Assembly (NCBI GenBank): GCA_965221775.1
Contig: CBDCSU010000005.1
Location: 1,216,001 to 1,280,000, forward strand
Length of the DNA stretch: 64,000 bases
Reading direction: 5' to 3'
Source of the DNA: Candidatus Latescibacterota bacterium
GTDB taxonomy: Bacteria > Latescibacterota > UBA2968 > UBA8231
Under the pieces are notes generated by a model that was not told the origin of the DNA, did not search any database, and worked only from the letters and a program-made list of their open reading frames with translations. Positions 45,570 through 54,969 of the stretch are shown here, in pieces (the first letter of the stretch is position 1; each line of letters starts with the position of its first letter). A program made the position numbers and the translations under genes.

Positions 45570-46985
45570 TCATCGCTTGGAATGGGCCGCACTGGCCAGC
45601 TCCCGCAACACGTCGACCGCGAAGAGCACGTCCTCCCGCCGGCAGTCGAACTGTCCGACCTGGAAGCGGATGACGAACTGCCCCTCGTGGATGGTGTGGG
45701 TCAGGTAGATCCGGCCGTCGTCGTTGACCGCCCGGAGCAGGCCCTCGGTGGCGGCGTTGGCATCCTCGCCTTCGGGGGCGTACTGGAAGGTGAAGAGGGA
45801 GAGGTGGCACTCCGTCGTCAGGCGGAAGCCTTCCAGCGAGGCGATGGCGGCGGCGGCCTCCCCGCCCCAGGCGATGTGGTTCCGGATGCGTTGGCGGAGG
45901 TCCTCAAGGCCGTGGGCGCGCAGCAGGAACCAGAGCTTGAGGGCGCGGAACCGCCGCCCCAGGGGGATCGTCCACTCGCTGTAGTTGGTGATCTCGCTTT
46001 GGCCGAGGGTCTGGAGGTAGTCCGGGCGGACGCCGAGGGTGCGGATCTGCGGTTCGGGGTCCGCCAGGAACTGGATCGAGCAGTCGAACTGCGCACCGAG
46101 CCACTTGTGGGGATTGAAGGCGATACTGTCGGCTCCCTCGACGCCGTCCCACAACTCCCGCAGCTCGGGACAGATCATCGCCGAACCCGCCCACGCGGCG
46201 TCGACGTGAACGTAGAGATCGTGCTCACGCGCCACTTCGATGGACTCGCGCATTCGGTCAGAGGCACCGATCGATGTGCCGCCGACGCACAGGACGACCC
46301 CGGCCGGGAGGAGCCCCGCCGCGCGATCCACCTCGATTGTCGTGTGCAGGGCCTCCGGATCGAGGGCCCACGAACCATCGGTCGGAACCTTGACGAGGTG
46401 CTGCTGGCCGATGCCGGCGATGCGGACCGCCTTGTCGATCGACGAGTGGGTCTCGGGTGAAGCGTATACGCGGAGCTGCTGCTCCGCCGCCACCCCGGAG
46501 TCGTTCCCTCGCCAGCCGAGGGCGCGCTCGCGCATGGTCAGCACGGCGCAGAGATTCGCAGTGGTCCCCGTATCCTGAATGACCCCCTGGAACCCCTCCG
46601 GCAGCCCGAGGGCCTGGCGCATCCAGTCGACCATGCGGCTCTCGATCTCGGTAGCGGCCGGGGAGGTCTGCCAGAGCATGCACTGGGCCGCCATGGCCGA
46701 CGTCAGGTTCTCCGCGATCATCGAGACCGGCGCGGCGTTGGCGGGGAAGTAGGCGAAGAAGCGCCGCTGCTGCCAGTGGGTCATGCCGTCCGGGACGATG
46801 CGCTCGAAGTCGGCGAAGATCGTCTCCATCTCCACCGGCTCCTCCGGTGGAGCGGCCGGCAGCATCGCCGCGATCTCACCCGGTGACGTCTGGGCCCGAA
46901 CGGGCCGCTCCTCGAGCGTGGCCAGGTACTCGGCGCCCCACCGGGCCGCCCGCTCAGCCCATGGATAGTAGTCTTCCCGTCGCAT
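45570..46985 (-). CDS. PLP-dependent aromatic-L-amino-acid decarboxylase family protein
   Basis: GMTHWQ...FFAYFP, SPAATE.E, HVDAAWAG, FNPHKW (PLP lysine), LGRRFRALKLWF. Confidence 0.92.
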   Translation of the reverse strand: MRREDYYPWAERAARWGAEYLATLEERPVRAQTSPGEIAAMLPAAPPEEPVEMETIFADFERIVPDGMTHWQQRRFFAYFPANAAPVSMIAENLTSAMAAQCMLWQTSPAATEIESRMVDWMRQALGLPEGFQGVIQDTGTTANLCAVLTMRERALGWRGNDSGVAAEQQLRVYASPETHSSIDKAVRIAGIGQQHLVKVPTDGSWALDPEALHTTIEVDRAAGLLPAGVVLCVGGTSIGASDRMRESIEVAREHDLYVHVDAAWAGSAMICPELRELWDGVEGADSIAFNPHKWLGAQFDCSIQFLADPEPQIRTLGVRPDYLQTLGQSEITNYSEWTIPLGRRFRALKLWFLLRAHGLEDLRQRIRNHIAWGGEAAAAIASLEGFRLTTECHLSLFTFQYAPEGEDANAATEGLLRAVNDDGRIYLTHTIHEGQFVIRFQVGQFDCRREDVLFAVDVLRELASAAHSKR

Positions 46986-46996
46986 GAGGCCGGCCG

Positions 46997-47929
46997 TCAC
47001 CCCTCGAGACCTTCGATGCGCCCGAACTCCTTCAGCGCCTTCAGTATCTCCACGGTCAGGCAGCTCTTCCACTGCTGTTCCGCCTGCTCCCAGGCTTCCT
47101 CATACTGGCCATACCAACTCCACGCGGGCGACCAGGACCCATCCGGGTTCTGATGCTCGATGTCGAAGTCCAGGTTCATGTCCACTTCGCTCTTCAGCGC
47201 GTCTGCCAGCATGGAGGTGGGCGCAGGGGCCAACCAGAGGGGTCTGGCCGAAGGCTGCTCCAACTCCTCGGGTGAGCCCGCGGCCACGTACCGGGCCCTC
47301 CGAGCCAGCACTTCCGTCAAGGTGCCTTTCCACGGTTGCGGCAGGCCCGCTGTCTCGGCCAGATGAACATAGCAGAGGAAATCGTACATGTTCATCTCGT
47401 CCGGCAGTGCTCCTGCATGCTCCACGACCTCTTCCGTGAGCTGCTCGACCAGAGCTGCGGGTGCAAGCTCGCGATACTCATGCAGGTAACCCACGACCTC
47501 GGCGCGAGGATTGGCCAGGAAATGGCCGAAGGTATCCGCCGTATTCTCGAAGTTCCACCACGGCGCATGGGGGAAGTCATCCACCTCGGGCGGAACGATG
47601 GGCCAGATCCTGCGGGTCGAGTCGTATTGCGCCATCAGGTATTCGATGGCCTTCTGCACAATCTCATCCTCGCTGGTTGCGCCGACCTCCCTGAGAATGC
47701 GCAGCGCCATCGTTGTCGTAAGGACGGATGAGCCAGGCATCTGGACATCGGGCTCAAGGCCATTGCCGAAACCGCCATCGTCATTCTGATAGTTGGGGAG
47801 TTCCTCCATGACCGCGGCGGCGGGACCGTTGTCGAAGTAGTGGGACAGAAGCCGTCGATCCAGGTCGCGCCCCTGCTCGGCCACGAAGGTCCTTGCTCTC
47901 TCGAATGCCTCACCCTTCAACAGCTTCAT
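46997..47929 (-). CDS. Prenyltransferase/squalene-oxidase repeat-like hypothetical protein
   Basis: YQNDDGGFG.GLEPD, Q..DGSW, PHAPWW. Confidence 0.7.
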   Translation of the reverse strand: MKLLKGEAFERARTFVAEQGRDLDRRLLSHYFDNGPAAAVMEELPNYQNDDGGFGNGLEPDVQMPGSSVLTTTMALRILREVGATSEDEIVQKAIEYLMAQYDSTRRIWPIVPPEVDDFPHAPWWNFENTADTFGHFLANPRAEVVGYLHEYRELAPAALVEQLTEEVVEHAGALPDEMNMYDFLCYVHLAETAGLPQPWKGTLTEVLARRARYVAAGSPEELEQPSARPLWLAPAPTSMLADALKSEVDMNLDFDIEHQNPDGSWSPAWSWYGQYEEAWEQAEQQWKSCLTVEILKALKEFGRIEGLEG

Positions 47930-47932
47930 GTC

Positions 47933-48544
47933 TCATGGCTCCTGAGGCGTCAGCCCATTCGCTTGATAGAATCCCTCGACCTCGGCCGATGACCCAAGAC
48001 GCAGGAACCGGATGTGCCGCCAGCGGGGCTCGGACATGTAGAGGCGCATGTCGCGGCGCTTGCGCGCGTGCTGGGTGACGATCCACCACACGAGGGAGTC
48101 CTCCTTCTTCCAGACCATCAGCTGCGGCCAGAACCGCTCGTAGTTGGTGCCCCACAGCAGCTCCTTCGACCGCCAGCGGGTCCACGATCGCCGGAGCACG
48201 CGCCAGACGAGGAGGTGCATGGGCAGGTCCAGCCAGATGACAGTCTCCAACCGCGGCCAGAAGACGCGCTGCGAGAAGCTCGAGTACGAGCCGGCCACGA
48301 CCCATGCATCCCCAGCCGTCGCCTTCGCTATGAGACTCTCGAACTCCTCGGGATCCGTCTCGTTCCGGCCCACCCAGCCGGGCTGCCAGTTGAGCGCATC
48401 CAGCTCCACGAAGGGGACTTGGAGGGCGGCCGCCAGCCGTTCGCCAAAGACGCTCTTGCCGGAGCAGCTGTTGCCCATCACGTGGATGCGCCGGCCGATC
48501 TTGCCCGAGCCTAACTCGTCCATCGCCCGCGCTTGCTCAAGCAC
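47933..48544 (-). CDS. Adenylate kinase-like P-loop protein (FlaR/topology-modulation type)
   Basis: RIHVMGNSCSGKS, ELDAL.W.PGW, WVV.G.Y, IWLDLP. Confidence 0.85.
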   Translation of the reverse strand: MLEQARAMDELGSGKIGRRIHVMGNSCSGKSVFGERLAAALQVPFVELDALNWQPGWVGRNETDPEEFESLIAKATAGDAWVVAGSYSSFSQRVFWPRLETVIWLDLPMHLLVWRVLRRSWTRWRSKELLWGTNYERFWPQLMVWKKEDSLVWWIVTQHARKRRDMRLYMSEPRWRHIRFLRLGSSAEVEGFYQANGLTPQEP

Positions 48545-48655
48545 TCAACGATCGCGCCACTGTCTCGTGCGCCCCGGCTTCAACTTGCCACGCTTGATCG
48601 CGCCGGCCTGATTGACGCTGGCCACAAGGTGGTCGAGGTCGGGCTCACTCATCAT
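48545..48655 (-). pseudogene. N-terminal remnant of a NadS-like XRE HTH antitoxin
   Basis: AGGAGG RBS; MMSEPDLDHLVASVNQAGAIKRGKLKPGR resembles the N-terminus of such antitoxins; the HTH is missing. Confidence 0.5.
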
Positions 48656-48733
48656 GCGCCTCCTATGCGCAAGTGACGCATAGCGCACAAGACGCTGTGG
48701 TCGGCAGTCAGACGCTGACTGAGTTCCCACACT

Positions 48734-50458
48734 CTATGTTGACGAGCCAAGCAGGTTACGCAGCTTGGCGAGAATTCGGTCTCGTCGTGCCTCATAGAAC
48801 ACAATGAAGCCAGGGATATCCTCCGGGATCTCCTCAAGGTTTCCAAGATCATGAAGGGATACATACTCTATCGCTTTTGCCTTGGAATCAAAGGCACTAC
48901 TGATCCACTCCGTGGGCATCTTATCGCGCTTGCTCTGATTCTCGTTTCCAGCGAGAAGTTGCAGGTTTGGCAGGCGGTTCGCACAGTCCTGGAAGGTTTC
49001 GATGTCATCTTCGGCTACGCCCGCCCGCCTCAGTTTGCTGGGCGAGAACCGGCTCTTCGGAAATACGTGGTCGATATGGAAGTGGTTGTTTCGGAGATCC
49101 ACGAACGGGTACAACAAGGAAAGCAGCCCGAACGTGCGGTCTCCAGACTCAGCGAGGTCTTGGAGCTCTTCATCGACAAATGTCAGGATCTTGCCCTGGT
49201 CACGCATTGCTTCTTCCATACGGGCAACCGGGAACGCTTCACTGCCGTGCTCATCGATTACGCTCCGAAGCCGAGTGAGGAGCGTATCCAGACCCGCGCC
49301 CCAGATACCACGCTTAAGCAGGGATCGTATCAGCCAGCTTCGGATGGCCTCTCGGTCCTCTCGGTGTAGATCCCCGGACATCTTTCGCTGGTATACGTAG
49401 TGAGCGATGGGCAGAACCGCGTTGTCTGCCGTAAGGCTCTGCCGAGAAAAGCCGAAGTCTACGATCAGTCCCACAGCTGTGACGATCGCGTGCGTGATAT
49501 GATCCCATCTCTCTTCCAGACGTTGCATGTTGCGAGTGTTGAAGTTGGTTACCCTGAATCCGACACTCTGTATGCCAGCGAGCATTAGGCCTGCCTTCAG
49601 CACGAAGTCCCTGGAAAAGTTGAAGCCATCTCCGAGCCGGTTGATTTGGTCCACTGTACTGTGGATTGCCTCTCGGGCATCCCGTGTCCACTGGGCGATG
49701 GAGATGCTCATAAGTATGTCCGAATTGCTCAGGGGCGTACCGCCGCTGTTCGTGCGGACGAAGATGTCCAATACCTTGCCGACATCTTGTCCCTCTTCCT
49801 CATAGTAAGCGATGACTGGATTGGTGTGCACCATGCGATGAAGCCCATCGAGGACATCTAAGGCTTGGCTTTCGTCGCCCAGGTTCCTCTCGATCAAGAA
49901 TCGATGGAGATCGATGCCTCTGGCACTAAGTATGTCGCGGACACGATACCAATGGTGTGTTTTGTCGTTGTCCTTCGCCTCGTCCTCTGTGAGGAATTGG
50001 AAATCGTACTTCAATCCGTCTTCGTTCTCCTCCGCATCGGCAAGGATATTCAAATACAGATGTCTCTCGGGATAAGCATGGTCACTCTTTGCCGAGTAGT
50101 ATGGGAGTTTGTAGGCATAGCTCCCTCGCAAACCTATGTTCAGAGCGGTCAACCGCTGTTGGCCGTCCAATACCGCGACGATCTGTTCACGTGTGATCCG
50201 GCCTGTTCTCTGCAAACGCCGGTTGTCCTTCTCGTGATAGTGGAGCATGAAATCGTAGAACCTGTACTTCATGATGTCACGTTGGACCTTCCAGAATAGG
50301 AAGGACCCTATTGGATATCCGCGCATCAGGCTGTCAAAGAGCCTCTCAATCTGGTCAGTGGACCAGACCACCTCGCGCTGAATGTCGGGCAGCACGTACT
50401 TGCGCTCTTCGATAGAGCGCAGGGCCGTCATGATCGTGATAGGAATATGAAACGCCAT
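48734..50458 (-). CDS. DUF262 + DUF1524 (GmrSD-family) modification-dependent nuclease
   Basis: LPDIQRE.VW, GYPIGSFLFW, LDGQQRLT, IF.R.NSGG..L; C-terminal HIDHVFP...NLQLL...N..K (HNH-like). Confidence 0.88.
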   Translation of the reverse strand: MAFHIPITIMTALRSIEERKYVLPDIQREVVWSTDQIERLFDSLMRGYPIGSFLFWKVQRDIMKYRFYDFMLHYHEKDNRRLQRTGRITREQIVAVLDGQQRLTALNIGLRGSYAYKLPYYSAKSDHAYPERHLYLNILADAEENEDGLKYDFQFLTEDEAKDNDKTHHWYRVRDILSARGIDLHRFLIERNLGDESQALDVLDGLHRMVHTNPVIAYYEEEGQDVGKVLDIFVRTNSGGTPLSNSDILMSISIAQWTRDAREAIHSTVDQINRLGDGFNFSRDFVLKAGLMLAGIQSVGFRVTNFNTRNMQRLEERWDHITHAIVTAVGLIVDFGFSRQSLTADNAVLPIAHYVYQRKMSGDLHREDREAIRSWLIRSLLKRGIWGAGLDTLLTRLRSVIDEHGSEAFPVARMEEAMRDQGKILTFVDEELQDLAESGDRTFGLLSLLYPFVDLRNNHFHIDHVFPKSRFSPSKLRRAGVAEDDIETFQDCANRLPNLQLLAGNENQSKRDKMPTEWISSAFDSKAKAIEYVSLHDLGNLEEIPEDIPGFIVFYEARRDRILAKLRNLLGSST

Positions 50459-50939
50459 CTCAGTTAATCCTCCTCCCCGTTGCTGGACTCAAAGAGCTCC
50501 ATCTGTCGGTTGTCCCTGGCAAGACACACTCGATTTCCTCAAGTTATGATGCCGTGGCAGCCTCTTCACTCCCTAGTTCCTTGCCCATCTTTCCTTGCCG
50601 GAGAAGCGCTCCAGTACTCTGCTTTGGGAAGATAGTGGACTCTCCCCGACCCGCCAAGGGAAGGGAGCTACCCTTCCGCCGGCGCGGCGAGGATCGGGCC
50701 GGCGGCCAGGAGGCCGAGGACGAGGGCTCTCACTCGAACTTGACCCGCCGCTCTCCCCAACCCTCAGGGGTGACACCTTGCTGCCAAGCCATGGCCTTTC
50801 GGGCTCGGTGACCTGCACGAAGGCAATCAGGATGGTGTAGGTGTTGCCTCCCGGATGCCTTATTGGATCACCCAGCGAGGAGCGTCGGCCGTGCCCCACT
50901 TCCCCAAAGAACAGGGGAGTCAAGAGTGAGGATCTCCTG

Positions 50940-51213
50940 TTAGGCCCGGCCGAGGCTCACAAACCCGTCGCTGTTGACTTCCTCCGCCAAATCTTCAGCC
51001 AGATCTCCCTTCCAGTTCCAGGCCTTGCCGATGACTACCCGATTGAAATCGCGTTCAGCTGCCGCATCCTTGATGGACACTGTGAACTTCTCTCCCGTCT
51101 CCCTATCGAAGGCGAACACCTGCTCTCGCCCCTGGACAGTGACGAAGTATTGATGCACGGCGCGCGGCACGAAATGGGTGTATCCTGGCTTCTGGCGGCA
51201 CCTTTTTCTCCAT
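50940..51213 (-). pseudogene. Frameshifted, truncated DUF4238-like gene
   Basis: ATG 51213 MEKKVPPEARIH, then a one-base shift to HFVPRAVHQYF...FD......SIKDAAAERDFN (HHxVP motif); early stop. Confidence 0.5.
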
Positions 51214-51286
51214 GGTCTCTATCGTTTCTCCGTTACCCAACCCTCAAACGGTACACTTCACTTCTCTCACATCTTGCGCAAGGTCC

Positions 51287-51742
51287 TCAACTGTCCGCCC
51301 TCAGACGTTCGTTGAGCTCCCAGAGGGCGGTCTGGTTGCTATCCCATGTCAGCAGCCGCATGGCTTCCTCAAAGGACGACCAAGTCACCTTGTCATGTTC
51401 ATGGGACAATCCAAGCTCTTGATCCAATACCTCAACGGCAAACGAGTACTCGGGAACCACGAGGAGGTCCTTCGGCCAGTGTTCTGTCGGACAGAACGCG
51501 GTCCTGGGGACGGATGCACGAGAGTCCAGCCGCAGGAACCGCGCCCCCTCGGCAATTCCCGCCTCCTCCGCCGCCTCACGCCGGGCGGCCTGCTCGGCCG
51601 TCTCGCCCTCCTCGGCGCCACCCGCGATGAACTGCCACATGGAGCCGTCCGCCCGATGGAAGACGGCAAACTGGTACCCGGCCTCCTCGCTCTCCCTGAA
51701 GGGTATCACGATCACCTGCAGTGGTTGCCTCGCCATTGCCAC
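51287..51742 (-). CDS. NUDIX hydrolase (NudB/dATP pyrophosphohydrolase-like)
   Basis: WQFIAGGAEEGETAEQAARREAAEEAGI; LSHEH...W. Confidence 0.9.
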   Translation of the reverse strand: MAMARQPLQVIVIPFRESEEAGYQFAVFHRADGSMWQFIAGGAEEGETAEQAARREAAEEAGIAEGARFLRLDSRASVPRTAFCPTEHWPKDLLVVPEYSFAVEVLDQELGLSHEHDKVTWSSFEEAMRLLTWDSNQTALWELNERLRADS

Positions 51743-52222
51743 TCAGTCCGAGAGACCCGCCTCCCTGGCATCGCGCACGATGGCATCTCTGTTCGCTTCG
51801 ATCAGCTGCCGCTGCTCCGGCCACAGAGTTTCGGGAAGTCCATCGATCGGAAACCAGCCCATCTCCCGGTGATTGTCGGTCTCGGTAGGCGTGGCGTCGA
51901 CCTGATCTGTCCGGAACAGGTAGAAGTGCATGACATTCCACCAGCGCCTGTCGAACGTCAAGCGTGCCACCACGCCGAGCTTCCTGATCAAGGTGATCTC
52001 CGACAGCCCGGTCTCCTCTTCGACCTCGCGCCTTGCAGCCGCCAGTAGACTCTCGCCAGGCTCGACCCCGCCCTTCGGCAGGACAAACCCCCGAATGTCG
52101 CCTTCGCGGGTGAAGGCGACGAAGGCCTGACCGCCCGATACACGGACAACGACCCCGCCGCTTGCTATGCGCTCAGGTGTACCCTCGGGGCGTTGATACC
52201 AGGACTCATCGATGTGGGTCAC
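51743..52222 (-). CDS. NUDIX hydrolase
   Basis: LPKGGVEPGESLLAAARREVEEETGL. Confidence 0.9.
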   Translation of the reverse strand: MTHIDESWYQRPEGTPERIASGGVVVRVSGGQAFVAFTREGDIRGFVLPKGGVEPGESLLAAARREVEEETGLSEITLIRKLGVVARLTFDRRWWNVMHFYLFRTDQVDATPTETDNHREMGWFPIDGLPETLWPEQRQLIEANRDAIVRDAREAGLSD

Positions 52223-52531
52223 TGTCGCTCCAGCAAGCGTGTCGGCGCCAGACCTGCTCTCCCCGAGGCCTAGCTCGACCTTGAGGGTAACCGCATCTCA
52301 CACCTGCATCAACTTCACAGCCCCGCTTCCCTGTTGCCGTGCGGGACACCCCTAAGTCCAAGGACCGCCCCCGCCGTCGCCGACCCCAAATTGAGCTCAG
52401 CGCTATCCTCAGGGGGAGGTGGCGGACAAGTAGACACCAAAGCGCTGTAACCGAAATTGAGCGGACATCGCCGGCACATGCAACCCACCTTCCTTGGATC
52501 CGGTGATGGAACCCCCCGACTCGATCCCGTC

Positions 52532-53611
52532 CTACAGGTGCTCCTTCTTGCCCCAGAGACGAGAGACAAACCCCTCTACCCCGTCCTGTACAATGTTGAC
52601 GTTGTCAGCACCAAAGAACGTTGAGTAGGAGGTCTCCGCCTCACAGTCTTCCTTCAGAACAACATCGATCTGTTTTCGTCGCATACTAGCAGTCTTGAGT
52701 TCGGCAACCTTGAGCAGGTGCTTAAACTCAAAATCGGCCTCGGGTAGTGAGTACCCAATGAAGATCCATCGCTGAGCTTCGCTGAGAATCCACTCAGCAG
52801 CCTGCCAAGTTGCAGCAAAGGCATGGGTCCGGTACGATTTCGCATACGAGAAGGTTGCAATGTGAGGGCCAACTGCACACTGACAGTTCCTGCAACAACG
52901 GTCCACGTCCGGGAGCCCGACTTCTCCATCGAAGGTGCTGTCCTGCAGGTTTTCCTCATACAACCGGAAATCGGCCTTAACTAGACCTGCCCGAATCTCT
53001 ACCGGAAGCTGCCTCGCCATATCGAAGAAAAGCATGTGGCAATTGTCACAGTAGGCCCAGTTTCCGGAGCCGTGAACCTTTGCGACCTTGACAAGCGGGT
53101 GAGGGGTGGGTGGGTTTGGGTTCCATGGATGCGCCCTGAATCCGTAATCGACTCCCATCTCAGTTAGTGACCTCAAGTGCGTCTCGAGAACGATATCCCA
53201 ATTCAAGACGACAAAACTGCATGAGGGATTCTCGGTGGAGACAAAGTGCTGGAGGAGCGTGGTCAGGCTTGCCTGCATCGCTTTGGGCGGCCGCAAAATG
53301 GTCAGGACTCGGTAGATCATCATTCGTCGTAGCGCTCGAAGTCGCTTTGGCTGAAACGGTCGCCCAAGGTTATGGCCATTGTTGGCGGAGAGGTCAAGCA
53401 TTGTAAACATCTCCTCCAGGGACGGCGGAGGGCTCCTTGGATCCCAGCCGAAGCAGTGGTCGAGGTACTCCCCTATTGCCCGGGTAATGGTTTGCTCTAG
53501 CTGGTTGGACTCTTGGTTCTCGATCAGTGCATTGGAGAGTTCACTTTGGAGAGGAAGTCCAGCTGCCTTAGAGAATCCGGCACCGAGTATCATCACTGTG
53601 TCACAGGTCAT
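52532..53611 (-). CDS. SIR2-like (SIR2_2) domain protein with two CxxC pairs
   Basis: ILGAGFS..AGLP, LNWD, KVHGSGNW..CDNC, CRNC, FIGYSLPEAD; lower GC. Confidence 0.85.
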   Translation of the reverse strand: MTCDTVMILGAGFSKAAGLPLQSELSNALIENQESNQLEQTITRAIGEYLDHCFGWDPRSPPPSLEEMFTMLDLSANNGHNLGRPFQPKRLRALRRMMIYRVLTILRPPKAMQASLTTLLQHFVSTENPSCSFVVLNWDIVLETHLRSLTEMGVDYGFRAHPWNPNPPTPHPLVKVAKVHGSGNWAYCDNCHMLFFDMARQLPVEIRAGLVKADFRLYEENLQDSTFDGEVGLPDVDRCCRNCQCAVGPHIATFSYAKSYRTHAFAATWQAAEWILSEAQRWIFIGYSLPEADFEFKHLLKVAELKTASMRRKQIDVVLKEDCEAETSYSTFFGADNVNIVQDGVEGFVSRLWGKKEHL

Positions 53612-53686
53612 GGCCACCTCCGAATTTCCATCGATAGAAAATGTGATGGTTCCATTGCGGTCTCTCTAGTCGGCAGGTCTGCGGAC

Positions 53687-53714
53687 TTGACCACGGGATC
53701 AGAATGGCTATATT
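53687..53714 (+). promoter_or_regulatory. Sigma70-like promoter
   Basis: TTGACC (53687-53692), 16 nt, TATATT (53709-53714). Confidence 0.55.
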
Positions 53715-53720
53715 GTATAC

Positions 53721-53874
53721 TTGTTGTTCGAATGTAGGCAACTCCCGGGCCTTCCTTCGGGAGGGTGACGGTCGAGGACCTATCTCGTCGGGGTCGTTTG
53801 TTGCCCCGACGGGATGGCCGGGTCTAATTGGTTGGATTTGGTACGCGGGCCCCTACGTAGGGGCCCGCGTTTTT
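53721..53874 (+). ncRNA. Candidate small structured RNA
   Basis: Lies between the promoter and the terminator; three hairpins (one with a UUCG loop) closed by CCCGG/CCGGG. Confidence 0.5.
53843..53874 (+). terminator. Rho-independent terminator
   Basis: Perfect 28-bp palindrome ACGCGGGCCCCTACGTAGGGGCCCGCGT followed by TTTT. Confidence 0.75.
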
Positions 53875-54078
53875 CGAAGTTCTTTGGCTCTATTCCCTCT
53901 ACCTGCCGCCAAGGTGTCTAGGCGTCCACAGCCTTTGGACCCAGGATAGGCGCCAGGTCGGACGCACCTGCGATCCCTTGCCCCCACTGCGGACTGCTTC
54001 CCTACTTGGACCCCTTCCCCGAGCCCGCTGGCCTTCGGGGAGCTCTCGGTGGCAAGGAGATCATCAGGAGAATCCCCC

Positions 54079-54966
54079 ATGACCCAGCCCACCCTGCCGC
54101 CCCCGAAACGGATCACCGACGACCAGCGCGACTCGTACCAGAGGAACGGATACCTGCTGGTCGAGTCGTACATCCCCCCCGACGAGCTGGAGCAGCTGCT
54201 CGCCGCCACGGAGGAGATGGTGGAGCGCAGCCGCGCCGTCACCGTCTCGGACGAGATCTTCGACCTGGAGCCGGGGCACACGGCCGAGGCGCCGCGTCTG
54301 CGGCGGGTGTCGAGCCCGGTGGACCACCATCCCCTGTTCTGGGAGTTCGCCTCCAAGGGGGCCATCGTCGACCTGGCCGCCGACTTGGTGGGTCCCGATG
54401 TCCGCTACCACCACTCGAAGCTGAACTTCAAGTGGTTGGAGGGCGGCGAGGAGGTGAAGTGGCACCAGGACATCACGTTCTGGCCCCACACCAACTACAG
54501 CCCCCTGACGATCGGCGTGTATCTCACCGACGTGGGGCCCGACCAGGGGCCGCTGGCCGTGGTCGAGGGCAGCCACGAGGGCGAGTTGTTCAACCAGTAT
54601 GACGAGGACGACAACTGGGTCGGCTGTCTCAGCGACGAGGACGCGGCGCGGATTCCGGCGGACAGGGTGCGCTACCTCGAAGGGCCGGCGGGGTCGGTGA
54701 CGGTGCACAACTGCCGCGCCATCCACGGCTCGAAGAAGAACCTCTCCGCGCGGGGGCGGCCCCTGCTGCTCAACGCCTACTCCGCGGCCGACGCCTTCCC
54801 CTACACGTCGCCGGGCATCACCAGCCCCCACCTTGGCGACATCGTGCGCGGCCGGCCGGCCCGCTGGGCGCGCCACGATCCGCGGCCGTGCCTGGTGCCG
54901 CCGGACTGGTCGGGGGGCTACACCTCGATCTACGCCCTGCAGCAGGAGGAAGAAGAGGAGGGCTGA
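54079..54966 (+). CDS. Phytanoyl-CoA dioxygenase (PhyH) family protein
   Basis: Y..NGY, KLNFK, WHQD, GPL.V..GSH, HGS..N.S...R; AGGAG RBS. Confidence 0.9.
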   Translation: MTQPTLPPPKRITDDQRDSYQRNGYLLVESYIPPDELEQLLAATEEMVERSRAVTVSDEIFDLEPGHTAEAPRLRRVSSPVDHHPLFWEFASKGAIVDLAADLVGPDVRYHHSKLNFKWLEGGEEVKWHQDITFWPHTNYSPLTIGVYLTDVGPDQGPLAVVEGSHEGELFNQYDEDDNWVGCLSDEDAARIPADRVRYLEGPAGSVTVHNCRAIHGSKKNLSARGRPLLLNAYSAADAFPYTSPGITSPHLGDIVRGRPARWARHDPRPCLVPPDWSGGYTSIYALQQEEEEEG

Positions 54967-54969
54967 CCC

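Noticed and set aside
50573-50923. 116-aa ORF and overlapping small ORFs
   Set aside because: No recognisable motif or clear RBS; likely decayed intergenic sequence.
43611-52222. Integron cassette array
   Set aside because: No integrase, no recognisable attC sites, and many genes overlap or abut.
53744-53822. tRNA gene (cloverleaf-like fold)
   Set aside because: No T-loop GTTCRA, D-loop or 7-nt anticodon loop geometry, and no CCA end; kept only as a candidate sRNA.
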